This document shows, in pieces, positions 30,600 to 40,423 of a DNA stretch of 64,000 nt (the first letter of the stretch is position 1; every line of letters begins with the position of its first letter). Position numbers and translations under genes: made by a program. The notes under the pieces are model-generated. The model was not told the origin of the DNA, ran no database searches, and worked only from the letters and a program-made list of their open reading frames with translations. Location of the stretch: contig JAXJYD010000006.1 of NCBI GenBank assembly GCA_036307105.1, positions 18,050-82,049 on the forward strand, written 5' to 3'. The stretch is from Clostridia bacterium. GTDB lineage: Bacteria; Bacillota; Clostridia; TANB77; CAG-508.

Positions 30600-33500
30600 A
30601 TGTATTTAAAAAGATTAGAATTACAAGGATTTAAATCCTTTGCAGATAAAACAGTATTAGAATTTATGCCAGGAATTACAACTGTAATTGGACCAAATGG
30701 TTCAGGAAAAAGTAATATATCAGATAGTATAAGATGGATTTTACGGTGAACAAAGTATGAAATCTCTAAGAGGAACAAAATCACTAGATATCATATTTTC
30801 TGGAACTCAAGCAAGAAAATCTTTAGGTTTTGCTGAGGCCTCTTTAGTATTTGATAATTCAGATGGTGGACTTCCAATAGAATATACTGAAGTAACAGTA
30901 ACTAGAAAAATTTATAGAACAGGTGAAACAGGTTATTATATAAATAAAGTACCATGTAGATTAAAAGATGTTTTAGAATTATTTATGGATACTGGAATTG
31001 GAAAAGATGGATATTCAATTATTGGACAAGGTAAGATTGATGAAATTTTAAGTAATAAATCAGAAGACAGAAGAAATATCTTTGAAGAAGCAGCTGGAAT
31101 TGTAAAATATAGAACAAGAAAACAAGAATCTGAGAAGAAATTAGAAAGAACAAAATTAAATTTACTTAGAATTAATGACATTTTGTCTGAGATAGAAACT
31201 AATATTGAACCATTAAAAGTGCAATCTGAAAAAGCTAAAAAATATTTAAACCTAAGAGAAGAATTAAAAAATATTGAAATAGGTTTGTTCTTATATAATA
31301 TTGAAAAATATAAAAATAATTTAGAAGAAATAGTAAAAGATGAAGATGTTTATAAAGAACAATGCAATCTTGAAGAAGGAAAATTAGAAAGAATCAAAGC
31401 ATTAAAAGAAGAATTGAAAAATGAGATAGACGAAATAACTGTTACTATAGAAGAAATGTCAAATTTAGGTTTTGAAAGTCAAAAAGAAATTGAAATGTTA
31501 AACTCAGATATAAATGTTGCTAATACCAGAATTTCAAACAATAAAGAAAATAGGCAAAGATATGAAAAAGAAATTCAAGAATCAAATCAAAGACTAGAAG
31601 AATTACAGCAAGAGATGGAACAAAGACAAGAAAAAAGAGAAAATTTAAAATTAAATAAAGCTAAATTTGAAAATGAATTAAAAGAAAAACAAGAAGAATT
31701 AGAAAAAATAACAAAAAAGTTGTCTGCAAAAGACTTGGAAATACAAGGCTATAAAGCAAAAATTGAAGATAATGTAGATAAGAAATATGAGTTACAATCT
31801 GAAATAAATACTCAAGATATAAATTTTGAAAATTTTGAAAAAAGACAAAAACAAATAAGAAATGAAATTGATTTAATCATTTCAGAATTAGATGGAACAA
31901 GACTGACAAAAGAAGATATTGCAAAAAGCTTTTATGAAATTGAAAATAAAAGAAATAAAATTTTAATAGGACTTGAAGAAATAAATAAGAAAAAAGAAGA
32001 ATCTGATAAAAAAATCAAAGCATATGACACAAGTATTAACAATTATCGAAATGAAATGAGAATCAAAGAATCAAAGCTTAAATTCCTATTAGAAACAGAG
32101 AAGGAAAAAGAGGGATATATAAAAAGTGTAAAATCTCTTTTAAAAGATTGCGAATCAATAAAAGAATTAGGAAAAGGTATGCATGGAGTTTTAGCAAATG
32201 TAATTGAAGTTCCAGAAGAATACCAAACAGCAATTGAAATGTGTTTAGGAGCAAGCCTTCAAAATATTGTAACAGATACAGAGGAAGATGCAAAGAAACT
32301 AGTTGAGCATTTAAGAAAAAATAATTTGGGTAGAGCATCATTTTTACCAATTACATCAGTTAGGGGTAAGAAAATAGACAGAATAAAAGGACATGAAAAA
32401 GGTGTTATTGGAATTGCATCAGATTTAATAAAATTCAGTAAAAAATATGAACAAATTATATTAAATCTTTTAGGAAGAACTGTTATTGTTGACAATATGG
32501 AAACAGCGATAAAGGTTGCAAAACAAAATGGATATTCATTTAGAATAATAACAGTTGAAGGTGATGTTATCAATCCATCAGGTGCAATAACAGGAGGCTC
32601 TGTAGCTAAGAAAACAGTAAACATTTTGGGTAGAGGAAAAGAAATTGAAAAACTAGAAAAAGAAATTGTAAAACTAAAAGAAAAAATTGCTACAATTGAA
32701 AAAGAGAAACAAGAATATGAAGCTTCTATAGAAGATATTTTAGAAAATGCATCAAGCTTAGAAAAAGAACTACAAGAAATTGATATTACATATGCTACTG
32801 AAAAACAAAAAATAATTTCAATAGAAGAAAACATCACAAAAATTGAAGCAAGATTAAATAAGTTAAAAGAAGAACAATCTAATATTGAAAATGAAAAGAA
32901 AGATGCTATTAATAAAAAAGTACAAATTCAACAAGCAATAAAAGAACTAACAGAAGAAACAGAAAAATTAACAAGTATTATCAATGAATTTACAGATTTA
33001 AATAAAGATAATCAAAAATATGTAGATGATTTAAACTTTGATATAACAAACTTAAAAATTTCTGTATCATCATTTGATGAGAGTGAAGCTTCAATTGAGG
33101 AAATACAAGAAAGAATTAATCAAGAAATAGAGAACAATAAAAGATCTATTGAAAATAAACAAAACCAAATTGAACAAATAAAACAAGATAATTTCAATTT
33201 AGAAACATCAATAAAAGAAATTGAAGAAAAAATAAATAATATAAAAGAAGAAGTTAAAAATAGTGGTTCTAAAATTGAAGAATTAAAACAAAAGAGAGTA
33301 GAAAGAAATGATAAATTAACAAAACAAGAAGATGAAATAACAGAGAGATTTAAGACAATTGAAGATTTAAAAGCGCAAATAGTAAAAATAGATGTAAAGA
33401 AAACAAAGCTTGAAGATGATATAAATGAAATTATAAACAAAATGTGGGAAGAGTATGAGGTTACTCCAAACACAGTAAAAGAAGAATATAAAAAGCCAGA

Positions 33501-34149
33501 TAATATTGCTTTAACGCAAAAGAAGGTAAATGCGCTAAGAAAAGACTTAAGAGAATTAGGAAGTGTAAATATAGATTCAATTGAAGAATATAAAACAATG
33601 AAAGAAAGATATGACTTTATGTGTGAGCAAAGAGTAGATCTAGAAGATACAATGGCAAAACTAAGAAAAATTATTAGTGATATGACAAATACAATGAAAG
33701 AACAGTTTAAATCTCAATTTGAAATTATTAACAAGAATTTTTCGGAAGTGTTTAAAGAATTGTTTGGTGGAGGAAATGCTTCATTAAAGCTAGAAGATGA
33801 GGAAAATATATTAGAATGTGGAATAGATATTAATGTACAACCACCAGGAAAGAAACTTCAAAATATGATGTTATTATCAGGAGGAGAAAAAGCATTTACA
33901 GCAATTGCATTATTATTTGCTATACTTAAAATAAATCCTGCACCATTCTGTGTGTTAGACGAAATAGAAGCGGCTTTAGATGATGTTAATGTTTACCGTT
34001 TTGCAGAATATTTAAAGAAATTCTCAAAAGATACGCAATTTTTAGTAATTACACATAGAAAAGGTACTATGGAAGCAGCAGATACAGTATATGGAGTTAC
34101 GATGGAAGAAAACGGAATATCAAAATTATTGTCTATGAAATTGAAATAA
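30600..34149 (+). CDS. smc: Chromosome partition protein SMC, requiring a +1 shift at the in-frame CGG at 30744
   Basis: N-terminal 49 codons [48 protein letters not shown] then R*; the +1 frame from 30745 continues [12 protein letters not shown]... through the hinge and the C-terminal [17 protein letters not shown]...DEIEAALD; the context is TTA-C-GGT-GAA. Confidence 0.85.
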
Positions 34150-34170
34150 AATAATAGAATTAAACAAGCG

Positions 34171-34195
34171 CATCTCAATTGAGATGCACTGTTTG
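34171..34195 (+). terminator. Terminator after smc (the first of two hairpins)
   Basis: gcatctcaattgagatgc followed by actgtttgtt; a second hairpin ctatgttt..aaacatag+T6 lies at 34293-34322. Confidence 0.55.
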
Positions 34196-34372
34196 TTAAG
34201 TAATATTTTAACTTCTAGTCTGAATAGTAACAATGAATTATTAAAATTTACAAAAACCCCTTGTCAAGTGGTTAAAAATATGTTAAAATAGCTATGTTTG
34301 AAAAAACATAGCTTTTTTCAAATCTCTACTTACAGAAAATGTAGGTTATAAATCCAAAGGGAGGTGAAGATA

Positions 34373-34651
34373 ATGAATAAATACGAAAGTATTATCATTG
34401 TTAACCCAGAAGTAGATAGCGAAGGATTAAAAGCATTAGAAGAAAAATTTACAGGGTTAATTAATGAAAATGGAAAAGTAGAATCAGTAGAAAACATGGG
34501 TAAAAAGAAATTAGCTTATGAAATAAAAAAATTCAAAGAAGCTACATACATGTTATTTAACTTTGAAGCAAAACCTGATTCAATAGCAGAACTAGAAAGA
34601 ATTTACAGAATTACAGACGAAATAATCAAATTTATCGTTGTAAAAAAATAG
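34373..34651 (+). CDS. rpsF: 30S ribosomal protein S6
   Basis: MNKYESIIIVNPEV...; the RBS aaagggagg is correctly spaced to this ATG (the ORF track's GTG at 34364 is too close to the RBS). Confidence 0.9.
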   Translation: MNKYESIIIVNPEVDSEGLKALEEKFTGLINENGKVESVENMGKKKLAYEIKKFKEATYMLFNFEAKPDSIAELERIYRITDEIIKFIVVKK

Positions 34652-34709
34652 TTTAAAATTAAATAAAGAGGGGCCTTTAAAAAAAGTAATTTAGGAAGGA
34701 ATGAACGAA

Positions 34710-35138
34710 ATGAACAAAGTAATATTAATGGGAAGATTAACAAGAGACCCAGAAGTAAGATATACACAAACAAATAATACATTAGTTGCTTCTTTTAGCT
34801 TAGCAGTTAATAGAAGATTTGTAAGACAGGGTGAAGAAAGACAAGCAGACTTTATAAACATAGTAGCATGGAGTAAGCTTGGAGAATTTTGTAGTAAATA
34901 CTTTAAGAAAGGTCAGCAAGTAGGCGTTATTGGAAGAATACAAACAAGAACTTGGGATGATGATCAAGGAGCAAAACACTATGTAACAGAAGTGGTTGCA
35001 GAAGAAGCATATTTTGCTGATAGCAAAAGAGATAGTGATAGTTCAAGTTCTTTTGAAAATACATTTGGAACAACAGAACCTGGAAATATGGGTTCAGATT
35101 TCGAAATGTCTTCAAGTAGTGATGACCTACCATTCTAA
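34710..35138 (+). CDS. ssb: Single-stranded DNA-binding protein
   Basis: MNKVILMGRLTRDPEVRYT... OB-fold and the acidic C-terminal tail DDLPF. Confidence 0.9.
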   Translation: MNKVILMGRLTRDPEVRYTQTNNTLVASFSLAVNRRFVRQGEERQADFINIVAWSKLGEFCSKYFKKGQQVGVIGRIQTRTWDDDQGAKHYVTEVVAEEAYFADSKRDSDSSSSFENTFGTTEPGNMGSDFEMSSSSDDLPF

Positions 35139-35160
35139 TTAAGCAAGGGGGGAAAATATA

Positions 35161-35439
35161 ATGGCAGATAAAAAACAAAATAAAAGAAATAATAAAAACT
35201 ATGATGAGGATTATAATCCAAGATTTAGAAAACAAAGAAAAAAAGTATGCGTATTATGTAGTGATAAAAACTTTGAATTAGATTACAAAAATCCAGAACA
35301 ATTAAAGAAATTTGTAAACGAAAAAGGAAAAATACTACCTAGAAGAACAACAGGAGCTTGTAGCAAACATCAAAGAGATATCACAGTAGCTGTAAAAAGA
35401 GCAAGACATATTGCTGTTTTACCATATGCACAAAACTAA
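35161..35439 (+). CDS. rpsR: 30S ribosomal protein S18
   Basis: [60 protein letters not shown]. Confidence 0.9.
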   Translation: MADKKQNKRNNKNYDEDYNPRFRKQRKKVCVLCSDKNFELDYKNPEQLKKFVNEKGKILPRRTTGACSKHQRDITVAVKRARHIAVLPYAQN

Positions 35440-35501
35440 TAAATAATTAAAATGAAGAAATCCTAGATTTGCTTGCAATTCAAATTGTATAGTATAATTT
35501 A

Positions 35502-35548
35502 GGACTTTTTTTGCTTCAAAATCTGTGACTTTTTTTGCTTCAAAATCA
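35502..35548 (+). repeat. Tandem direct repeat (gactttttttgcttcaaaatc, 2 units) in the rpsR 3' region
   Basis: Two adjacent near-identical 22-23-nt units downstream of a candidate promoter TTGCTT-18-TATAAT. Confidence 0.5.
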
Positions 35549-35640
35549 TTTACATTTAATAAGCATTGTGTTATAATTCATATGTATATAAGTTTGAAAA
35601 AATTTGTATCTTGAGGAAGTAATATTAGTATAAATTAGAG

Positions 35641-36585
35641 GTGAAAGATTTGAACCAAATATTAAGTACAGAAGCTCCTAAAAGTAACAAAAAATCAAGA
35701 AATAAAAATAGAGCACCTGTAGACATAGAAAAAATAATAAAATTTTTTGCAATAGGAATGATAATTTTTGGAATATTTATAATAAGTAGTGGTTCATATG
35801 CTATGTATCAAAATTCAAAATCAACAGGAAATTCATCAAAACCAACTATTTATATAGAAGAAACATCAGCAACAGCAATCACAATACAAATATCTCATAA
35901 TAAAGAATTATCAAAAGTATCATATTACTGGAACAACCAAGATCCAGTTGAAATAGACTGTTCAGGTAAGAAAAAAGTAGAACAAAAAGTAGACTTATTA
36001 ACTGGAAAAAATACAATAACAATAATAGCGGTAGATATAAATGGGTTAGAATCAAAAACTCAAAAACAGTATGAGATTCAAGGTGATATAAATATAGAAT
36101 TACAAGTAGAGGCCAATAATCTAAAAATAAAAGCAGAAGGAAATGAACAACTTTCATACTTAACATACAGATGGGATGAACAAGAAGAAACAAAAGTTGA
36201 AATAAATGATGTTAGTGTTGAACAAAGCATAAGTGTACCAAGTGGTCTACATACATTAACAGTTGTAGTAGTAGATATAAATAACAAAACAGAAATAAAA
36301 GAACAGGAAGTAAAAGGAGTATCAAAACCTAAAGTAGAAATAACAACAGATGGTTCTTCTAATTTTATAATAAAGGCATCAGACGAAGAGGGAATCAAGA
36401 AGGTAGAATTTATTATAAATGAGACAGATAAAAATAGAATAAATTTAGACCAAGTATTACCAATTGAGGAAAGAAAATCTTTTGAATATTCTTATCCATT
36501 ACATGAAGGAGAAAACAAATTAGAAGTAAGAGTGTATAACGAAAGTGATGTAAGTGAAGTATTTAAAGCATTAGTAAGAAAATAA
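35641..36585 (+). CDS. Membrane-anchored protein with three ~85-aa Ig-like tandem repeats
   Basis: TTG start after aaattagagg; one TM (FFAIGMIIFGIFIIS); three repeats each ending in a 'VVVDINN / IIAVDINGLES'-type strand. Confidence 0.5.
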   Translation: MKDLNQILSTEAPKSNKKSRNKNRAPVDIEKIIKFFAIGMIIFGIFIISSGSYAMYQNSKSTGNSSKPTIYIEETSATAITIQISHNKELSKVSYYWNNQDPVEIDCSGKKKVEQKVDLLTGKNTITIIAVDINGLESKTQKQYEIQGDINIELQVEANNLKIKAEGNEQLSYLTYRWDEQEETKVEINDVSVEQSISVPSGLHTLTVVVVDINNKTEIKEQEVKGVSKPKVEITTDGSSNFIIKASDEEGIKKVEFIINETDKNRINLDQVLPIEERKSFEYSYPLHEGENKLEVRVYNESDVSEVFKALVRK

Positions 36586-36633
36586 CAAATATCTCCTACA
36601 AAGGTAGGAGGTATCTTAATATGAGGAGAAAAT

Positions 36634-37443
36634 ATGGGACAACTATCATTTAATATATTAACTTTTTTTATAATATACTCATTTTTAGGATGGGTTATGG
36701 AATCTGTACTTAGATCTATAATTGAAAAAAAGATAATAAATACTGGTTTTTTAAGAGGACCATTTTGTCCAATTTATGGAATTGGTGCTATTATAATGTT
36801 ATTGTTTCTAGAAAGATTTCAAGACAAGTTAATACTGTTATTTTTCATTGCAATTACACTATTAACTGCTTGGGAATATATTGTAGGTGTTATTTTAGAA
36901 AAATTATTTAATACAAAATATTGGGATTATTCAGACCATAAAATTAATTTCCAAGGAAGAATTTGTCTAACAAATTCAATCTGTTGGGGGGTTCTAGGAG
37001 TGGGTTTTGTAAAATATATACATCCATTTGTAGAAAGTGTAATTTCAAAGATAGATATACAAATATTATATTATTCAATAACAATTATATCTTTAGTAAT
37101 GTTAGTGGATTTAATTACTACTGTAATTAAGTTAAAACACATAAAAATGACTCTAGAAAAAGTTGATAAAATAAACAAAGAAATAAAAGAAAAATTGAAA
37201 GAAATAAAGCAAATTACCAAACAGTCGGAAATAGAGAAAGACGATTTAAAAACAAAAGCAACAGAAAATATACAAGTTATTATTGACAAATTAAATAAGC
37301 AAAAAAACAGAACAATTTTAAAACTATATAAAAATGTATACAGATTGAAAAAAGCATTTCCAGCAATTAATACAAAGGAAATTACAGAAGTATTAAGCAA
37401 AAAAATTGAAATTAGAAAAAAGAAAAAAGATGAAAATACTTGA
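36634..37443 (+). CDS. Multi-TM membrane protein (putative ABC-transporter type IV / CmpB-like, DUF1113) with a C-terminal coiled-coil tail
   Basis: GWVMESV...RGPFCPIYGIG signature near TM1-2; the C-terminal ~100 aa are Lys/Glu-rich heptads. Confidence 0.4.
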   Translation: MGQLSFNILTFFIIYSFLGWVMESVLRSIIEKKIINTGFLRGPFCPIYGIGAIIMLLFLERFQDKLILLFFIAITLLTAWEYIVGVILEKLFNTKYWDYSDHKINFQGRICLTNSICWGVLGVGFVKYIHPFVESVISKIDIQILYYSITIISLVMLVDLITTVIKLKHIKMTLEKVDKINKEIKEKLKEIKQITKQSEIEKDDLKTKATENIQVIIDKLNKQKNRTILKLYKNVYRLKKAFPAINTKEITEVLSKKIEIRKKKKDENT

Positions 37444-37502
37444 AAATAATAAATCTTTTTGTATATAATAAACTTGAAAAATAACAAAGGAGCAAAGCAA
37501 AT

Positions 37503-38426
37503 ATGGTACAAGAGATATATATAATTGATGATGATGAGTCTTCTATTGTAATCTTTAGAGAATTATTTAGAAATGATCCAGAATATAAATTCATAAGTGT
37601 AAAAACTGAGCAAATAGATATTGCATTAAAAAATATACCTTCATTAATAGTAATTAATGAAGATGCAATAGACAGAGATGTTGTTGAACTATGTAAAAAA
37701 ATAAGAAAGGATGAGGATAATACTATTACTCCTGTAATAGTGGTATCTTCTAAGGAACAAAAAGAACATAGAATAAAAATATTACAAGAATCTGTAGAAT
37801 ATTATATAAAAAAACCTGTTGATGAACAGTACTTGTATTACACAGTAAAAAACCTAAACAGACTGTTATCAAGTAATAGAAGAGTAAGTCCTTTAACTGG
37901 TTTACCTGGAAATGTTCAAATACACGCAGAATTGAAAAAAAGAATTCTAAAACAAGAACCTTTTTCAGTTTTATATGTAGATTTAGATAACTTCAAGGCC
38001 TATAACGATGTATATGGTTTTTTAAAAGGTGATGAAATAATAGAATTTACAGCTGAAACAATTATTAAATTGGTGCATAGCGATGAACTGGAAAATACAT
38101 TTGTAGGGCATATTGGTGGAGATGACTTTATAGCAATAGTCCCAGGAATAAATTGCGAAAAAATATGTCAAAATATAATTGCATATTTTGATGCAAATGT
38201 TAAAAAATATTTTACAGATGTAGATGCAGAAAAAGGATATATAGAGGTAGCAAATAGAAGAGGAATTATAGAGCAATTTCCATTAACATCAGTATCAATA
38301 GGAGTAGTAATAGCCGATAAGGGAAGATTTCATAATATACTTGAAATAGGAGAAGTGGGTGCACAAGTAAAACATGCTGCAAAATCTGTAATGGGAAGTT
38401 CATATGCAATAGATAAGAGAAGTTAA
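37503..38426 (+). CDS. Response-regulator receiver plus GGDEF-domain protein with a variant GGDDF motif
   Basis: RVSPLTGLPGN, YVDLDNFKAYNDVYGFLKGDEII and GHIGGDDFIAIV; receiver domain with the conserved Lys (KKP), acidic pocket atypical. Confidence 0.65.
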   Translation: MVQEIYIIDDDESSIVIFRELFRNDPEYKFISVKTEQIDIALKNIPSLIVINEDAIDRDVVELCKKIRKDEDNTITPVIVVSSKEQKEHRIKILQESVEYYIKKPVDEQYLYYTVKNLNRLLSSNRRVSPLTGLPGNVQIHAELKKRILKQEPFSVLYVDLDNFKAYNDVYGFLKGDEIIEFTAETIIKLVHSDELENTFVGHIGGDDFIAIVPGINCEKICQNIIAYFDANVKKYFTDVDAEKGYIEVANRRGIIEQFPLTSVSIGVVIADKGRFHNILEIGEVGAQVKHAAKSVMGSSYAIDKRS

Positions 38427-38505
38427 TATTTAAAAGATTTAAATTGTAATAAAATGCAAAACTCTTAATATAAATAATAATAAATATTTATTTTAGGAGT
38501 TTTTT

Positions 38506-39252
38506 ATGGTAGTGTTTAATAAAAAGAAAATTGAAATTATTATTTCATGTGTTATAATTGCATTGTTTGTATTTTCTATTCAAATTTCAAATAAGAAAAA
38601 TACTAAAGAAGAAAACAGTATTAGTGAAGAAAGGAACTATATACAAACAACAGCTACACCAGCATCTGGAAAAACAATAGTTTTAGATGCAGGTCATGGA
38701 GTACCAGATGAGGGTGCTGAAAGTTCAAATGGGACTACAGAAGCACAAACAAATTTAAAAATAGCATTAAAAGTACAAAATTTATTAGAACAAAGTGGTT
38801 GTAATGTAATACTTACTCGTTCTGATGAAAATGCAATTTATGATTTAGATGCAAATACTTTAAAACAAAAGAAAATATCAGACATACGTAATAGAGTAAA
38901 GATAGGAAATGAAGCTTCTGCTGATATATTTGTATCAATACATTTAAATAAAATACCGCAAAGTCAATATTATGGTTGGCAATGTTTTTATAAAACAAAT
39001 GATGAACAAAGCATAAAACTTGCAAAACAATTACAAGAAAATTTAAATAAATCAATACAAAAAGAAAATAAAAGAGTAGCAATGAAATTAGATACAGTAT
39101 ATATTATGAAACATGTTGAAATACCTATTTCAATAGTAGAATGTGGTTTTTTATCTAATCCAGAAGAAGAACAACAATTGCTAGATGATACATATCAAAA
39201 CAAACTAGCTTGGGGAATTTATAATGGAATACAAGAATATTTCTATGAATAG
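38506..39252 (+). CDS. cwlD: N-acetylmuramoyl-L-alanine amidase (Amidase_3, CwlD-like germination amidase)
   Basis: TIVLDAGHG...E, ADIFVSIHLN and VECGFLSNPEEE motifs with an N-terminal TM anchor. Confidence 0.75.
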   Translation: MVVFNKKKIEIIISCVIIALFVFSIQISNKKNTKEENSISEERNYIQTTATPASGKTIVLDAGHGVPDEGAESSNGTTEAQTNLKIALKVQNLLEQSGCNVILTRSDENAIYDLDANTLKQKKISDIRNRVKIGNEASADIFVSIHLNKIPQSQYYGWQCFYKTNDEQSIKLAKQLQENLNKSIQKENKRVAMKLDTVYIMKHVEIPISIVECGFLSNPEEEQQLLDDTYQNKLAWGIYNGIQEYFYE

Positions 39253-39317
39253 TTGCATTTTTTTTAGAATAGTGGTATAAAATAATTGTAATAATATGCA
39301 AAGGAGAAAGAAGTAGA

Positions 39318-40355
39318 ATGAGAGATGAAATAAGCGATGAAGGGAAAAAATTAATAAATGCATTAGAAAATAATAATAAACCTTTTAGCGATAACCCAAT
39401 AGGGAAAATATTAGATGAAGAAGATCAAGATCCTTTTAGACGAAATATGGAATTATTTAGACAACAATCCTCTAGAACCGATGTAGCAAGTGAACAGAAA
39501 ATAAAATCACGTGACAAAAGAAGAGAAAATGGAAAATCTAAGGGAAAGAGACCTAAGGGAAAGAGGCCTAAGGGAAGAATATTTGCTCTATTAATGTCAG
39601 GTGTATTATTTGCAGGTGGAATAGCTGGAGGATTAAAAGGTAAAGAAGATCAGAAAATTGGTACTAAAATAGCTGTAAGTTTACTAGAAGAGACTCCGCA
39701 ATCTTTAGGAATAACACAGGAAGAATATGATAAAATTAATTCAATAAAAGATTCACTAGAGAATAATAAGTTATCAGATGATGAAATTCCATACATGGCT
39801 AAAGAACTATATGATTTATATAATGATGTTATTAAAATGAAATTAGCAAACACATTAGGTGTTAACGACGATAAAATTGTTTTAGATCAATATGTTGAAG
39901 AAGGTAGAACAATACAATTAGTTATTGTTAAGCTACCTTATAAAGAAAGTATTTATCGAACTAGAGATTTTGCAACATTCCAAAATAGCATATCTAAGGA
40001 AATTGATAATTCAATTATTGATTTAACTAAAATGCAAACAATAATGGGAGAAATTCAGGAAGGAAATTATTCTAACGATAAATTACTAAAGGAATATAAA
40101 AAAATAATAAATAATATAGATACACTTGCAGCCTCAGGATTTATACAAGATGATTTTGGAAATATTTCTGTAAAAGCTATAGAAAATAAAGATGTAGAAA
40201 AACTAAGACAAAAAAAGAATAATATACAACCACCAAAACGAAAAATACAAGAAGAATACAAAACTTCACAAGAATCATATTCTGTAAATGCAAATGGAAA
40301 CGTTGAAAATCAAGATACTGTTAAACTTGAATATGACGATGATCATGAAAGATAA
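39318..40355 (+). CDS. Hypothetical protein with a basic KGKRPKGKRPKG tract and one TM segment
   Basis: 345 aa ORF, no recognisable domain. Confidence 0.4.
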   Translation: MRDEISDEGKKLINALENNNKPFSDNPIGKILDEEDQDPFRRNMELFRQQSSRTDVASEQKIKSRDKRRENGKSKGKRPKGKRPKGRIFALLMSGVLFAGGIAGGLKGKEDQKIGTKIAVSLLEETPQSLGITQEEYDKINSIKDSLENNKLSDDEIPYMAKELYDLYNDVIKMKLANTLGVNDDKIVLDQYVEEGRTIQLVIVKLPYKESIYRTRDFATFQNSISKEIDNSIIDLTKMQTIMGEIQEGNYSNDKLLKEYKKIINNIDTLAASGFIQDDFGNISVKAIENKDVEKLRQKKNNIQPPKRKIQEEYKTSQESYSVNANGNVENQDTVKLEYDDDHER

Positions 40356-40423
40356 CAATGTATAAAATTACCACTCTTTGCAAACAATATGTGTAAAACA
40401 TATTTGCAAGGAGTGGAATTTTT

